A stretch of 64,000 nt of DNA from an uncultured cyanobacterium (GTDB lineage Bacteria; Cyanobacteriota; Cyanobacteriia; Phormidesmidales; Phormidesmidaceae): positions 96,001 to 160,000 of the forward strand of contig CAWBZI010000001.1 of the NCBI GenBank assembly GCA_963793265.1, written 5' to 3'. The position numbers and the translations under genes are program-made. Of this stretch, positions 21,356-32,105 are shown one piece after another. Below the pieces are notes generated by a model. It made no database searches. It was not told where the DNA came from and was given only the letters and a program-made list of their open reading frames with translations. Each line of letters begins with the position of its first letter. Position 1 is the first letter of the stretch.

Positions 21356-22291
21356 TTAAACGTTAGCGTCAACAGCCGATTTGCGTCTCATTTTTAGGAT
21401 GAACAAACCCAAAACAGACAGGCCCAGCCAGCTAATAGTCGGTTCAGGGACGCTCTCGATTTCAGTGTCAGTGCGCAGGGCATCGGAGGCTATCAGCGAT
21501 CGCGCGTCGCTAGAAACTTCTGAACCCTCCACCGTTCCAGACGTACCGCTAGTCACAAAAGGACTGTTCAAAATTTCTCTGAGCTGAGCATTCGTCAGCA
21601 CGCTTGTGCCTGCCCCATCAGGAAAAACATCGTCAACGGAGCCCGGAATATTTCTGGCATCACCGTCAGTGAGTAAATTGTTTGAGCCACCCGCGCCGAG
21701 CGTAGAATGGCGCAGGCCCAGGTTGTGTCCAATCTCATGAGCCACCGTGTCCGTGCGGCCATTTTCACCAAAATCGAGCGCTTCACTGCTAATTAGTACG
21801 CCATTGGCATCAACCCAGGCCAGGCCAAACTGAGTAAGACCGCTGCTCGTTTCGATATCGTCTACAAACCAAATGTTAATCGGCCCGTCTGTTGCTGTGG
21901 AGTCGGGATGTCGGCCAAAGGCACCTGCTTCGCCTGTGCGGGTGAGTTCGTAGAATTCGTAATCAATGGAGGTGCGATCGCGTCTGTCGTTGATAGACAA
22001 AAATCGAGAGGCATTAAGCCGGTTTGTCGGCAAAAAAGAAACCCTGAGCTGAGCCTGAGCCAGAATTTTTTCTGTGATGTCTCGAAACAAATTAACACCA
22101 GCACAGTTGTTGCCGCTGTCGTCACAAACCTGAATCGGCTGAATCGTGAGTTCGTCAGCTTCGCCAAAAACAATCGGCCCGGCTGATTGAAAGTCGCCTT
22201 CGGTGCACCCAGCTAAGGCTAAAGTAGCCCCTAATAGAAAATGGATAGGTCTGGGCACAAAGTATTTCACAAAGCCACGAGTAAACGCCAA
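21356..22291 (-). CDS. Metzincin-type zinc metalloprotease with lipobox and PEP-CTERM tail
   Basis: LALAGC lipobox; HEIGHNLGLRH (HExxHxxGxxH); VPEP-TM-basic C-terminus. Confidence 0.8.
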   Translation of the reverse strand: MAFTRGFVKYFVPRPIHFLLGATLALAGCTEGDFQSAGPIVFGEADELTIQPIQVCDDSGNNCAGVNLFRDITEKILAQAQLRVSFLPTNRLNASRFLSINDRRDRTSIDYEFYELTRTGEAGAFGRHPDSTATDGPINIWFVDDIETSSGLTQFGLAWVDANGVLISSEALDFGENGRTDTVAHEIGHNLGLRHSTLGAGGSNNLLTDGDARNIPGSVDDVFPDGAGTSVLTNAQLREILNSPFVTSGTSGTVEGSEVSSDARSLIASDALRTDTEIESVPEPTISWLGLSVLGLFILKMRRKSAVDANV

Positions 22292-22519
22292 AGAATAACT
22301 AATTTAGATGCAGAAAGTAGAAGAATACAGGGCAGTTGCCTCTTAAAATTGCGCAATGTGACAGAAGGTAGATAGGTTCATCTGATATGGCTCATACACA
22401 CTTTTCAATTGCACAGACTTCAATATCTGCCATATCAAGAATTCCCAATATGAGGTCAAGTTATTGAAGCAAGACTTCTAAATTAAGACGCTTGAACTAA
22501 AGCGCTTGAACTAATCGTC

Positions 22520-23710
22520 TCAAAACAAGGTGGCATAGAAGTCCAACTGTCGTTTTGCCAGCGCCGTATTGGTGTACTCAGCCTGAGCCCGCTCATACCC
22601 TTTCTTTGCTAGCTCACTTTGCATCTGCGGCTGCTCAATCAGCATCGCCAGCTTTTCTGCAAAAGCACCGGCATCCCCTTCACTGAAAACCAGCCCATCG
22701 TCTTTAATCACGTAGGGAATTTCGCCCGAATCAGAGCCAATTACAGGCACCTGACAGGCCATCGCCTCAATGAGCACATGGCCAAACTGCTCTTTCCAGC
22801 CCACCGCGCTCATCGTTTTGAATTTATAAGTAGTCTCAGAAGGCAGTACTAGCGTGTCCATCAGGTTAATGTAGCGAGGCACGTCAGCATGAGGCACGCT
22901 TTCGATCCAAATAATGCGCTCTGCTATACCCGATTCGATCGCCTGTTGCTGAAGCTTTTCTTTAAGCGGCCCGCGTCCTAGTAGCAAGACTTTCCAAGGG
23001 CGATCGCCGCCTCGACGCTGAAGCTTGCTCAACGCCTCAAACAGCGTCAGCAGTCCCTTTTCTTCGACAAATCGCCCGACGAAGCCAATCACAAAATCGT
23101 TGGCATCAATCCCATGCTGCTCAGCTAATTCAGGCTGGGCCACAGGCCGAAAAATACTTTCATCTACCCCAAGCTGAGGCATTACGCAGCTAGGGCCAAC
23201 GTAGCCATGATCGCGCAGAATATCAGCGCCATCTTGATTGCCAACAATCAGACCGTGCGTATTTTTTAGGTTATAGCGCTCTAGCCATGACAGCGGAAAC
23301 TTCACCTCGTAGGGCAAATTCCACCACGTAAAAAATACGTTTTTGGCCTTTAGCCCCAGCATTTTATTTAGAGCAATTAGCTCAGCGTAGCCCACCGACT
23401 TTGCGCCCTGCTCTACATGAATAACGTCGGGGCGAAACTCGCGCAGCAGCTTGATAATATCTGCGCCAAAGCTCAGAAGGCTCTGATTGTTTTGGCTAAA
23501 GTTAGAAACTGGCACCACTCGAAAGCGGCCTTCGTCTCTGGCCTGAGTTTCTATCTTTTTGCTTTGTACGCCGCCAGGATTCCAAGTTTTGGGCACCACA
23601 ACGGTGACTTCTACATCGGAGTCGATGCGGGTGATCTGTCGCAACTTCTCACAGTTCAGATCAACAATATAGGTATGGCTAGCAACCAGGATTTTCATAG
23701 CGTGTCTCAA
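22520..23710 (-). CDS. hpsO: GT4 glycosyltransferase, HpsO-like; probable start at MKILV (23698)
   Basis: ILVASHTYIVDLNCEK; GRFVEEKG; WKEQFGHVLIEAMAC. Confidence 0.78.
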   Translation of the reverse strand: MRHAMKILVASHTYIVDLNCEKLRQITRIDSDVEVTVVVPKTWNPGGVQSKKIETQARDEGRFRVVPVSNFSQNNQSLLSFGADIIKLLREFRPDVIHVEQGAKSVGYAELIALNKMLGLKAKNVFFTWWNLPYEVKFPLSWLERYNLKNTHGLIVGNQDGADILRDHGYVGPSCVMPQLGVDESIFRPVAQPELAEQHGIDANDFVIGFVGRFVEEKGLLTLFEALSKLQRRGGDRPWKVLLLGRGPLKEKLQQQAIESGIAERIIWIESVPHADVPRYINLMDTLVLPSETTYKFKTMSAVGWKEQFGHVLIEAMACQVPVIGSDSGEIPYVIKDDGLVFSEGDAGAFAEKLAMLIEQPQMQSELAKKGYERAQAEYTNTALAKRQLDFYATLF

Positions 23711-24732
23711 GCAGATGGCGGATGGCTGAACAACCGACCGTCGCGGCCCGTTGGTTTGATTAACGTAAAGCAGGCTTTCAAAAAACCCAGTACGTAAAAT
23801 ACGAAGCGGGTGACAATTTTGATCGGCGAGCCGCTTTTGTTGCAGGGCGGATGGCCGAGCACGTGACAGTCGAACAGGCTAGCTGAGAGTCGTAAAAGCT
23901 GGCTGGGCGTGAGGCTTTTGAGCGCCATCAGAAAATGATTGTGGTAGAAGGTCATCTGGTATTTGAGCGATCGCGTACTAATGTCATGACAGCCGCCTGT
24001 CTCCTCACCCAAATGCACCAAATGCGCCGCGGGTTCGTACCAAATCATCATGCCGGTTTTACGAAACCGCAGGCAAAAGTCAGACTCCTCGCGAATCGCA
24101 CTTCCCTGAAAACGCTCATCAAACCGCAGGCCGTATTCCTCAAACACCGACCGCCGAAAAGACATATTACAGCCCCGCGCGGTAAGCACCTGCTGCGGTT
24201 TGACCGTATGTACCAGATCGATGTGATACCAGGCAATACCAGGATCCATCGCCTCAGGAGGCAACATCTCAATCTCGGGCGCTGTAGACTGCGTAAGCTT
24301 CATGCGGTCAAATACCCGACCCGCCACCGCGCCCACTTCTGGCCGATCTGCATACACCTGTGCGTGAGCCGCCAAAAAGCCCTCTGGCAGCTCCACATCA
24401 TCATCTAAAAAAAGAAAGATACTGCCCTTTGCGCGCTCAATCGCATAGTTGCGAGCCGCTGGTAAACTCGCCCAGTCCACCTGATACAGGTGAATCTTGT
24501 CGTCCGCGGCCAGCTCATCTAGAAACGATTGAGTATCAGCCTCATGTTTTTGAGTTTGATCCACCACAATCAGCTCATAGGCCGGATAGCTTTGGGCCAG
24601 CACGCTTTTAACGCTGTCGCACAAAACCTCTTCACGGCCATAGGTCGGGATCACGACCGAAATCAGCGGTGGATTGAAGGGCAGATCCAATGGTGCGACA
24701 GAGGCAGACGAGGATACAGAAGAAGTTGTCAT
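23707..24732 (-). CDS. hpsN: GT2 glycosyltransferase, HpsN-like
   Basis: SVVIPTYGR, VVDQ, FLDDDV, ARGCNMSFR, REESDFCLR. Confidence 0.75.
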   Translation of the reverse strand: MTTSSVSSSASVAPLDLPFNPPLISVVIPTYGREEVLCDSVKSVLAQSYPAYELIVVDQTQKHEADTQSFLDELAADDKIHLYQVDWASLPAARNYAIERAKGSIFLFLDDDVELPEGFLAAHAQVYADRPEVGAVAGRVFDRMKLTQSTAPEIEMLPPEAMDPGIAWYHIDLVHTVKPQQVLTARGCNMSFRRSVFEEYGLRFDERFQGSAIREESDFCLRFRKTGMMIWYEPAAHLVHLGEETGGCHDISTRSLKYQMTFYHNHFLMALKSLTPSQLLRLSASLFDCHVLGHPPCNKSGSPIKIVTRFVFYVLGFLKACFTLIKPTGRDGRLFSHPPSA

Positions 24733-24794
24733 GGCTCGAATAAGTCTTGTCTTGAACGAATGGCGTCTTTGATTAGATTGTCAGAACTAAAAGC

Positions 24795-26585
24795 TTAGTT
24801 AAAAGTAGGCTTTGCCTTACCTCGATTACGCTTTCGCCCTGACTCCACAGGCAGCGAACCTTCTTCGCCAGCAGCCTTAAGCGCTAGCGCCTCCGCTTTC
24901 TCTCGTTCTTGGCGCTCTAGCTCTGGAATCTTGAGCACAATCCCCGCTGCTAGCCAGTAATAAACGCCGACTGGATCAACGTCCAGCGGATAGTAGTAAG
25001 GGCTGTAGCTAATAAAGAGAATAAACACCCACATCGAGGCTGCATAGCTGCGGAGGTTTTTGTCTTTGGTGTTTCGATACACCCTGAAGGTGACTACCGT
25101 TAGCGTGGTGTATACCGCGAGTACGGCGATTAAGCCAATCGGGCCAAGCTCATAAATAATCTTGGGGTGATACGTCTCTAACAGCGTGGTCTTACCAAAT
25201 TTACGGGCGGAGTTGGTCGCTCGCCCTACCCCATGACCAAAAATGCCTTCCTGCTCGTTCCAAACCTGTGAGAACTGCTCCATGATAAAGGCTTGCGGCG
25301 GAGACGCTTCCCAACGAGAAACCAGGCTGTCTATGCGCGTTTCGATCACGCCTGGGTTGTTGACAACCAGATAAGAAACGATGATCCCGAGAATGACGCC
25401 GATCGGGATGAAGCGCTTGAGGTTAGCGACTTGGCCTGTAAGCACGGTAAGCAGGCCGACTACAATCGGCACCAGCACCAGGGCAATCCGCTGACCGGAT
25501 ACTACCGCCATCACCATCACCGCGACCAAGGAAACTAGACCTACCGTGCGCCAAACGGCAGAGCGATCGCTAAAGGTAGTCCCAAAGCTAAAGAACGCAC
25601 TAGAAATTAAGAACCAGCCCCATTGCCAGGGCGCGACAAACGTACCCGGTAGTCGAATCTGATCGACTTGAGGCGAGTAAAGCAAAGAACCACCCACGAG
25701 GCACCGAGCCGACAGCGACGCTCGGAACATTTCTTCGCCTAGTCCCTGAGTTCCGGCACAATAGCCTGTTTTTAGCGCCAGATATTGCAGCAGCCCTAGT
25801 CCTGAGGCAACGAGGATCAGCACGGCCTGCAATCGCAGCAAGAATACCAGATCTTCTTTGTTACGGATGAGGTAGTAGATGCAAGCTACAAGAGGGATGT
25901 AGCCAAATATAATCTTGGCGCTCCAAAGGGCCATGATGATCGGTGCGCTGTTGCCTTCACCGCCTGCGAACTGATCGGGCACATTCGTCACTAACGCTGT
26001 GATGCTGACAATAATCAGTAAGAAGATAAGCGGCGGCTTGATTTGCTGTGGCAGAATGATCGGCAGCCGTTTTTTGCGGCAAAACTGATAGACCCCGATC
26101 AGCGCTGGAATGTAGAAGATGTCCTTGCCAAGCTGCAGAATCGGGCTACCGCCTAAGGCATAAATGACCGTACCTGCAAACGGAACGTAGATGATAAAGG
26201 CATACAGCGCCAGTCGTTGATATTTGAACGACATGATCAGGCACATCAGCGCTGCCCCAGCCGCGACGCCCAGCTTGGGCTCAATTAAGAGTGCGAACAG
26301 TATGCCGATAAATGCGCAGCCTAAAAAGACTGAAACAATAAAAGAGACGGTTTCTTTGCGACGCGCTGCGATCGCCCGATCCAACACCAGTTTTTGACGC
26401 GGGCTCAGGTCTTCTGTGACCTCATCGCTGCCCATTACCAGGCCACCAGTCCCTGCACCTTTACCTTTGGCTCGCTTGCTCAGCTTTGACTGCCGGGCGC
26501 TTTGCTTACTTCGATTTTTCGCTTTTTTGGCAGACTGTTTGACAGACCGCTTGACGGAGCGTTTCCCGGAGGCGCGTGAAACCAT
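24795..26585 (-). CDS. hpsL: Multi-TM O-antigen-ligase-like hormogonium polysaccharide protein HpsL
   Basis: About 12 TM helices; IRLPGTFVAPWQW.WFL, SGQR, GRATNSAR, YYPLDVDP. Confidence 0.75.
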   Translation of the reverse strand: MVSRASGKRSVKRSVKQSAKKAKNRSKQSARQSKLSKRAKGKGAGTGGLVMGSDEVTEDLSPRQKLVLDRAIAARRKETVSFIVSVFLGCAFIGILFALLIEPKLGVAAGAALMCLIMSFKYQRLALYAFIIYVPFAGTVIYALGGSPILQLGKDIFYIPALIGVYQFCRKKRLPIILPQQIKPPLIFLLIIVSITALVTNVPDQFAGGEGNSAPIIMALWSAKIIFGYIPLVACIYYLIRNKEDLVFLLRLQAVLILVASGLGLLQYLALKTGYCAGTQGLGEEMFRASLSARCLVGGSLLYSPQVDQIRLPGTFVAPWQWGWFLISSAFFSFGTTFSDRSAVWRTVGLVSLVAVMVMAVVSGQRIALVLVPIVVGLLTVLTGQVANLKRFIPIGVILGIIVSYLVVNNPGVIETRIDSLVSRWEASPPQAFIMEQFSQVWNEQEGIFGHGVGRATNSARKFGKTTLLETYHPKIIYELGPIGLIAVLAVYTTLTVVTFRVYRNTKDKNLRSYAASMWVFILFISYSPYYYPLDVDPVGVYYWLAAGIVLKIPELERQEREKAEALALKAAGEEGSLPVESGRKRNRGKAKPTFN

Positions 26586-26773
26586 AGTGCTAAAGCAAAA
26601 AGGAGAGCAGAGGGTTTAAACCAAATTTACCCAATCATGACTGTAAATCTGTATTTGTGCGGAAGGCGACCCAAAGATACGTACTAAATCTTCTTCAACG
26701 AGGGGGTTAGGTTTTCAGGAGCTTTATAGAGGCAGGCGATCGCCTCCGCAAATTCACCCTGCTCACCCTATTT

Positions 26774-28246
26774 CTACCGACCCAGCCGATTAGGCACCCC
26801 TTCACAGCCGCCCGGCACCGTTCCCCGCGTCTTACTCCCGCCCCAGGCGCAGCAATAGCACCGCTGAATTTCAGACAGACGCTGAACGTTGGTCAAATCC
26901 ACCCCTTCTACCACCGCTCCTGTGAACTCACCACTCGCATAGTTGGGCCGATCTTGACGGGTTCGAGGCGTCGCCGTTTCTAAGTCACCATAGAAAAAAC
27001 GTACGCCCATAATGTCTGTATTCGTCAAATTTGCGTCGCACAAAATGGCCCGCGCGAAGTTAGTGCGTACAAGGTCGCAGTCGGTTAGGTTAGCGCGAAT
27101 AAGGTTGGCCTCACTCATATCAAGCCAGCGCAGGTCAGTACTGTTAATATCGCTAGCAGCCAGCATTACGCCCAAATCGATCACGCGAGTGCCGTTGAGT
27201 CGGTCTTCAGCGTAGCCACCCAACCCGTCTAGAATAGGGCGACCTAAGCGCTGATCTCTCGCTAAAGGCGTCAGTAGCTTAGAGCGAGATAAGAAACGTA
27301 GCACTTTAGCCTTACCGCCTGCGTCAACGCTGCTCAAAATTGCCGCCGTTCGCGCTTCAGCAATCACTCGCTCCTGCGGCCAGTCTTCCAGCAGTCCCTC
27401 ATCGTCCAGCACCAACTCTGAAATACCTTGAAAGTAGGAGTCGATGGTTTGCTGCTGCGTAATCAGGTTTTGCTGAACGGTGAGATCGCGCGAGATAATG
27501 TACTGCCGCCACGCCACGTAGACGGCCAAAATGGCAATAAAAATTTGACCAATTGCGCCTAAAAAGTCACCCAAGGCGCTGATAATATCCCAACGCAAGC
27601 CGCTGCCCCAACGCGCGATTGGACGAGCAATACCACTGGTAGAAATGAGTCCGACGATGCCAAGCAGTAGCCCTGGGACGGCGATAAATAGAGCCTTCTG
27701 CTGCTGGCTTAGTTCATTGACGGCCTCTTGAAAGGTAGGCGCGAGCAGTCGCAACGAAACCACTAGCGTAACGATAGATCCTGCTAATGTGAGCCACAGA
27801 CTGCCGAGGGTAAAGCCGATGACAACGACAATGGCCCCAGCGATCGCCACCACGCTCACAGGCGCTTTAGCCACCTGAATAGGATCGATTGCCGGTTGCC
27901 GCTTATAGCGCTCCGGCGTCAGCCCTTTATCTGAATTTTGCTCCAATTCACCGCCTTTCTCAGCCCCTAGCTGAGACAAAGACGCCACAGCAGGACGGCC
28001 CTCTTTCTGGCTGTTAGCAATGAGCTGAGTGCTATAGGACGTATGGGCCACCTCGCCGTTATCCATTTGGAAGTCAGGATCGGGGTTGTAATCGACCGTG
28101 AATGACTCGTTGTAGCTAGCACCATTGCCATTGGAACGGCTGCTCGAATTGTCAGTTGAGCTGCCTGGCGCGATGGGTGGACTGCTGGGGCGATCGCGCT
28201 CAAAATCATCAGCAGCCGATCGCGGATCAGAAGAAGGGTTGGGCAT
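26774..28246 (-). CDS. Membrane-anchored pentapeptide repeat protein
   Basis: TM helices followed by A(N/D)L.. repeats (ANLIRANLTDCDLVRTNFARAILCDANLT). Confidence 0.82.
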   Translation of the reverse strand: MPNPSSDPRSAADDFERDRPSSPPIAPGSSTDNSSSRSNGNGASYNESFTVDYNPDPDFQMDNGEVAHTSYSTQLIANSQKEGRPAVASLSQLGAEKGGELEQNSDKGLTPERYKRQPAIDPIQVAKAPVSVVAIAGAIVVVIGFTLGSLWLTLAGSIVTLVVSLRLLAPTFQEAVNELSQQQKALFIAVPGLLLGIVGLISTSGIARPIARWGSGLRWDIISALGDFLGAIGQIFIAILAVYVAWRQYIISRDLTVQQNLITQQQTIDSYFQGISELVLDDEGLLEDWPQERVIAEARTAAILSSVDAGGKAKVLRFLSRSKLLTPLARDQRLGRPILDGLGGYAEDRLNGTRVIDLGVMLAASDINSTDLRWLDMSEANLIRANLTDCDLVRTNFARAILCDANLTNTDIMGVRFFYGDLETATPRTRQDRPNYASGEFTGAVVEGVDLTNVQRLSEIQRCYCCAWGGSKTRGTVPGGCEGVPNRLGR

Positions 28247-28393
28247 GGATTCTCGCTTTGCTTAGAAGCCAGTGTACCTGAAAGTTCTTTGATTGCTGCG
28301 GCCTAGCTGACCTCAGCAGCCACTAGCCATCCTCCACTAAAATAAAATCAACAGCACTTAATAAATAGTCCTTTTTTCGCCGCTGCTCGTCAG

Positions 28394-29989
28394 GTGCAAC
28401 TGGTACGCCATTTCTGGTATGCCAATCAGCAGCGATTAACCCGATACCGTCAATTTATGATCGCAGCTTTACTTTTAATCGCCGCCATCGGCATCCTAGC
28501 GTGGGGATTTGTACAGGCCAAACCCTACGGCACGCCAGGCATTCTAGCCTGGCTGCAAACAGTCGTATTGATGGCTCCCTGGCTGCTATTCTTTGGCTTT
28601 TCAGCGCTTGGTATTTACCTCAACTTGGCGGGCATTTTGCTGCTGGTTGTTTCCTCAGCCGGACTCTACATCTATTTGGGTAAACGACTGCGGGTTTCAG
28701 GGCAAGCAGAACTTGCCGAAAAGCGAGCGGCGGCGCTTATGAGCGATGTAGCAGAATCATCTAAGACAGTCGAAAGCGGCTCATCTGATTCGGAACACAA
28801 AGCCGATCCTGATGCTGAAAAGGAAGCTGGCGCGGTTAATGAAGCTCAGGTGTCTAAGAAAAAAGAAGATGAAGCACTGCCACCAATTCCGCCTGAAGAT
28901 TTGACGGTGATTGAAGGCATTTTTGGGATTGATACTTTTTTTAAGACGAAAACAATTCCTTTTGCAGAAGGCGCGATCTTCAAGGGCAACTTGCGCGGGA
29001 AGCCGGATGAGACGGCGAGGGTGTTGAATGAAAAGCTGAGTGAGAAATTGGGCGATCGCTACCAAGCCTTTTTGCTAGTAGACCCCGAGGACAAACCCGT
29101 CGTACTGGTACAGCCCAGCGACTATGGCCCCAAGCTAACCTCACTCAGGCAAAAGATACTAGCGGGCGTATTAGCCGCTGCCACCTTTGCAACCTGCATA
29201 GAAACCGCAGGCATCTTGCAAAGCTTTGACGTGTTCCAGTCGCCCGAACGCTGGCCCGAAGCGCTACCGATTGCGATCGGCATTGCGCTGGTGCTAGTGG
29301 CTCACGAAATCGGTCATCGCGTAGTCGCCAAAAGGCTTGACGTAAAACTCAGCCCGCCTTTTTTCCTTCCGGCCTTTCAGCTAGGCGCTTTCGGATCGCT
29401 GATGCGGTTTGAGTCAATTCTGCCGAATCGCTCTGTTTTATTCGACGTTTCTTTTGCCGGGCCAGCCGCCGGAGGGCTATTGTCCTTTGCCTTTTTGTTT
29501 CTGGGCCTTGTGCTCTCTCATCCCGGCAGCCTGTTTCAGCTCCCGGCTGAGTTCTTCCAGGGCTCTATTTTAGTGGGCACACTTGCTCGCACGGTGCTAG
29601 GCGATAGTCTACAAGGTGATTTGGTAGATGTGCATCCGCTGCTGGTGGTTGGGTGGATTGGCCTCATTATCACAGCTATTAACGTGATGCCAGCCGGGCA
29701 GCTTGATGGCGGTCGAGTAGTGCAGGCTATTTACGGACGCAAAACGCTGGTTCGAGCCACTGCTGTCACGCTAGTGCTGCTATCGATAGTGGGTTTGTTT
29801 AATCCGATTGCGCTGTATTGGGCCGTGCTGATTGTCTTTTTACAGCGTCAGCCTGAGCGGCCTTGTCAGGACGACTTAACGGAGCCTGACGATGCCCGTG
29901 CGGCGCTGGCTTTGCTATCGCTGTTTTTGATGCTGCTGGTGCTGCTGCCCCTAACGCCGAGTCTGGCGGGTCGGTTAGGAATCGGATAG
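28394..29989 (+). CDS. Site-2 protease (M50) family; probable start ATG 28457
   Basis: AHEIGH, AGP, NVMPAGQLDGG. Confidence 0.9.
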   Translation: MQLVRHFWYANQQRLTRYRQFMIAALLLIAAIGILAWGFVQAKPYGTPGILAWLQTVVLMAPWLLFFGFSALGIYLNLAGILLLVVSSAGLYIYLGKRLRVSGQAELAEKRAAALMSDVAESSKTVESGSSDSEHKADPDAEKEAGAVNEAQVSKKKEDEALPPIPPEDLTVIEGIFGIDTFFKTKTIPFAEGAIFKGNLRGKPDETARVLNEKLSEKLGDRYQAFLLVDPEDKPVVLVQPSDYGPKLTSLRQKILAGVLAAATFATCIETAGILQSFDVFQSPERWPEALPIAIGIALVLVAHEIGHRVVAKRLDVKLSPPFFLPAFQLGAFGSLMRFESILPNRSVLFDVSFAGPAAGGLLSFAFLFLGLVLSHPGSLFQLPAEFFQGSILVGTLARTVLGDSLQGDLVDVHPLLVVGWIGLIITAINVMPAGQLDGGRVVQAIYGRKTLVRATAVTLVLLSIVGLFNPIALYWAVLIVFLQRQPERPCQDDLTEPDDARAALALLSLFLMLLVLLPLTPSLAGRLGIG

Positions 29990-30010
29990 ATATAGTTCCT
30001 GAATTTTTTA

Positions 30011-30610
30011 GTGAGAATTGTCATGCAATCAAGTAGTACGCGTCTCTATAGACGAGGGTTAGCGATCGCGTTAAGAACACTGCCCTTTTTCGGCCCTTTA
30101 GCGGGGCTGATGCTGGTTCAAGGTGTGCAAGCTGATGACACGCAGCCGATGAGGTTTACAGGCTCAGCGGTGGAAGCTCGCGGTCAAACGGGTGGTGAGG
30201 AGAATTTGACTCGGATTGCGGCGCGCGATCGCAGACGAAAACTGTGTTTAGGATTTAGTACGTCAGCTCCTAGCCACGTTTTAGTGCTCCCTGATAATCA
30301 AGCGCGCTTAAGAATAGCCGTCGATAGCGATGGTAGCGACACAACCCTGCTCATTCGGGGGCCCCGAGGCATTGACTGCAACGACAACGCACGCAGGAAT
30401 AGCAGAGACGCGGCGGTTGCCGATACCAACTGGCCAGCGGGCAAGTATGAGATCTGGGTGGGCGCTTACAGCCGGGGCGATCGCCTCAACTACACGCTGA
30501 ACGTATCTGCGCCTAGCTCAAACCGCGTCAGAAATCTATCAAAAGGTCACCCTGCTAAGCCGGATAACCGACCAGATGAAGGGGTTGGAGCGGAATTAAC
30601 CAGACGCTAA
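30011..30610 (+). CDS. Secreted hypothetical protein with PPC-like domain
   Basis: Signal peptide; DTTLLIRGP..DCND; GKYEIWVG. Confidence 0.65.
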   Translation: MRIVMQSSSTRLYRRGLAIALRTLPFFGPLAGLMLVQGVQADDTQPMRFTGSAVEARGQTGGEENLTRIAARDRRRKLCLGFSTSAPSHVLVLPDNQARLRIAVDSDGSDTTLLIRGPRGIDCNDNARRNSRDAAVADTNWPAGKYEIWVGAYSRGDRLNYTLNVSAPSSNRVRNLSKGHPAKPDNRPDEGVGAELTRR

Positions 30611-30636
30611 TATAATCGTGGTTCATTTGCTGTTTA

Positions 30637-31476
30637 ATGCCTACATCGATAGGAAAACTACCTGTGTTCAAAGCTCTGGTTAAAGACTTTCGCATTATTT
30701 TTGAGCGAGATCCGGCTGCGCGGAACTGGCTAGAGGTCGCTTTTCTTTATCCCGGCTTTCAGGCTTTGGTACTGCATCGCCTGGCTCACTGGCTTTGGAA
30801 TATGGGCATTCCGTTTGTGCCCCGGCTCATTTCTCACCTAGCTAGAGCGCTCACAGGCGTTGAAATTCACCCAGGCGCGACGATTGGCTCAGGTGTATTT
30901 ATCGATCACGGCATGGGTGTGGTCATTGGTGAAACGGCGATTATTGGCGATCTGTCGCTGATATATCAAGGCGTGACTTTGGGCGGTACTGGCAAAGAAA
31001 GCGGTAAGCGCCACCCAACACTCGGTACGGGCGTGATTATTGGTGCAGGCGCTAAGGTGCTTGGCAATATCCAAATTGGCAATAACGTGAGAATCGGGGC
31101 CGGTTCGGTGGTGCTGCGTGAGGTGCCTTCTGACTGTACGGTTGTGGGGATTCCAGGCCGTATTGTCTATCGTTCGGGCGATCGCGTAGAGCCTTTAGAT
31201 CATGCCAAGCTCCCTGACTCTGAGGCCATGGCAATTCGAGCGCTCGTGGATCGCATTGATGCGCTAGAAAATGAGCTAACCAAAATTAAAACGGCTGAGC
31301 CAGCTAGGCAGACAGTCGATCAAAAAGCTGAGCGGCTAGTGGCTGTAGGCGCAGGGCGAGCCGACCAGACCGCCTTGCTGATGCGAGCATTACAGGCTGA
31401 AAGCTGTGAGCCCGAGCAGTGCTGCCGCATCGAAGACCGTGCCATTCAAGAATTTTTAGGCGGCGCGGGAATCTAA
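30637..31476 (+). CDS. cysE: Serine O-acetyltransferase
   Basis: RDPAAR, GVEIHPGA, FIDHGMGVVIGET, GGTGKESGKRHP. Confidence 0.95.
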   Translation: MPTSIGKLPVFKALVKDFRIIFERDPAARNWLEVAFLYPGFQALVLHRLAHWLWNMGIPFVPRLISHLARALTGVEIHPGATIGSGVFIDHGMGVVIGETAIIGDLSLIYQGVTLGGTGKESGKRHPTLGTGVIIGAGAKVLGNIQIGNNVRIGAGSVVLREVPSDCTVVGIPGRIVYRSGDRVEPLDHAKLPDSEAMAIRALVDRIDALENELTKIKTAEPARQTVDQKAERLVAVGAGRADQTALLMRALQAESCEPEQCCRIEDRAIQEFLGGAGI

Positions 31477-32105
31477 GGATTTACATCGCTATCTTGCCAG
31501 GTGCCTGCCGCTGTCATCTGATAAAGATGACGGCTTTGAGGCTCACCGCGCAGTTCTAAATGGTCAACGCTATTGGCCGTCAGCAGCAATAGCGTAAAGG
31601 TGTCAGGCGGCGTTTCACTATCGGGTGGTTTAGGCGAAAAAGCGTCGTTATCGGCTCTATCAGCTCTAGGATCAGGCCAGGCAAACTGAAGTCTCGCGCT
31701 ATCCGATATTTTTTGCCAGGATTGAACTCTAGCGGCGCTTAGATCAGACTGTTCTGTTTCAGCTGTGATAATAACGATCTGTCCAGATAGACGGAATTGT
31801 TCTCGCGTTTTTGTAAAGTACCAGCAGGCTTCGGCGCTTGGATTTTGTTGAATTTGGGCTGTTTTTTCGCTGCGGCGATCGCTAATAAACATCAGCCGAT
31901 TCGTCTCCTGTAAAAAGCCGCGAAACACGACGGTGCGATTGGCAGGCGTGCCGTTAGCTCTGAGGGTCGCAAGCTGAAGGTAGCGAGAAAACGGGACGGC
32001 GCGGTTGCGGTGGATAGCTCTAGAGAGGGGCGATCGCCAGGGTGCAAGCTCCTGTGGGTCTGTCAGTGAAGATGTAGATGAATCTGTAGCGTCTGTAGCG
32101 GTCAC
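31473..32105 (-). CDS. FMN-dependent PPOX-type flavoprotein (Npun_F5749-like)
   Basis: LQLAT, PANRTVVFRGF, D.RSEK, CWYF..TREQFRL, VDHLELRG.PQ.R. Confidence 0.85.
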   Translation of the reverse strand: MTATDATDSSTSSLTDPQELAPWRSPLSRAIHRNRAVPFSRYLQLATLRANGTPANRTVVFRGFLQETNRLMFISDRRSEKTAQIQQNPSAEACWYFTKTREQFRLSGQIVIITAETEQSDLSAARVQSWQKISDSARLQFAWPDPRADRADNDAFSPKPPDSETPPDTFTLLLLTANSVDHLELRGEPQSRHLYQMTAAGTWQDSDVNP

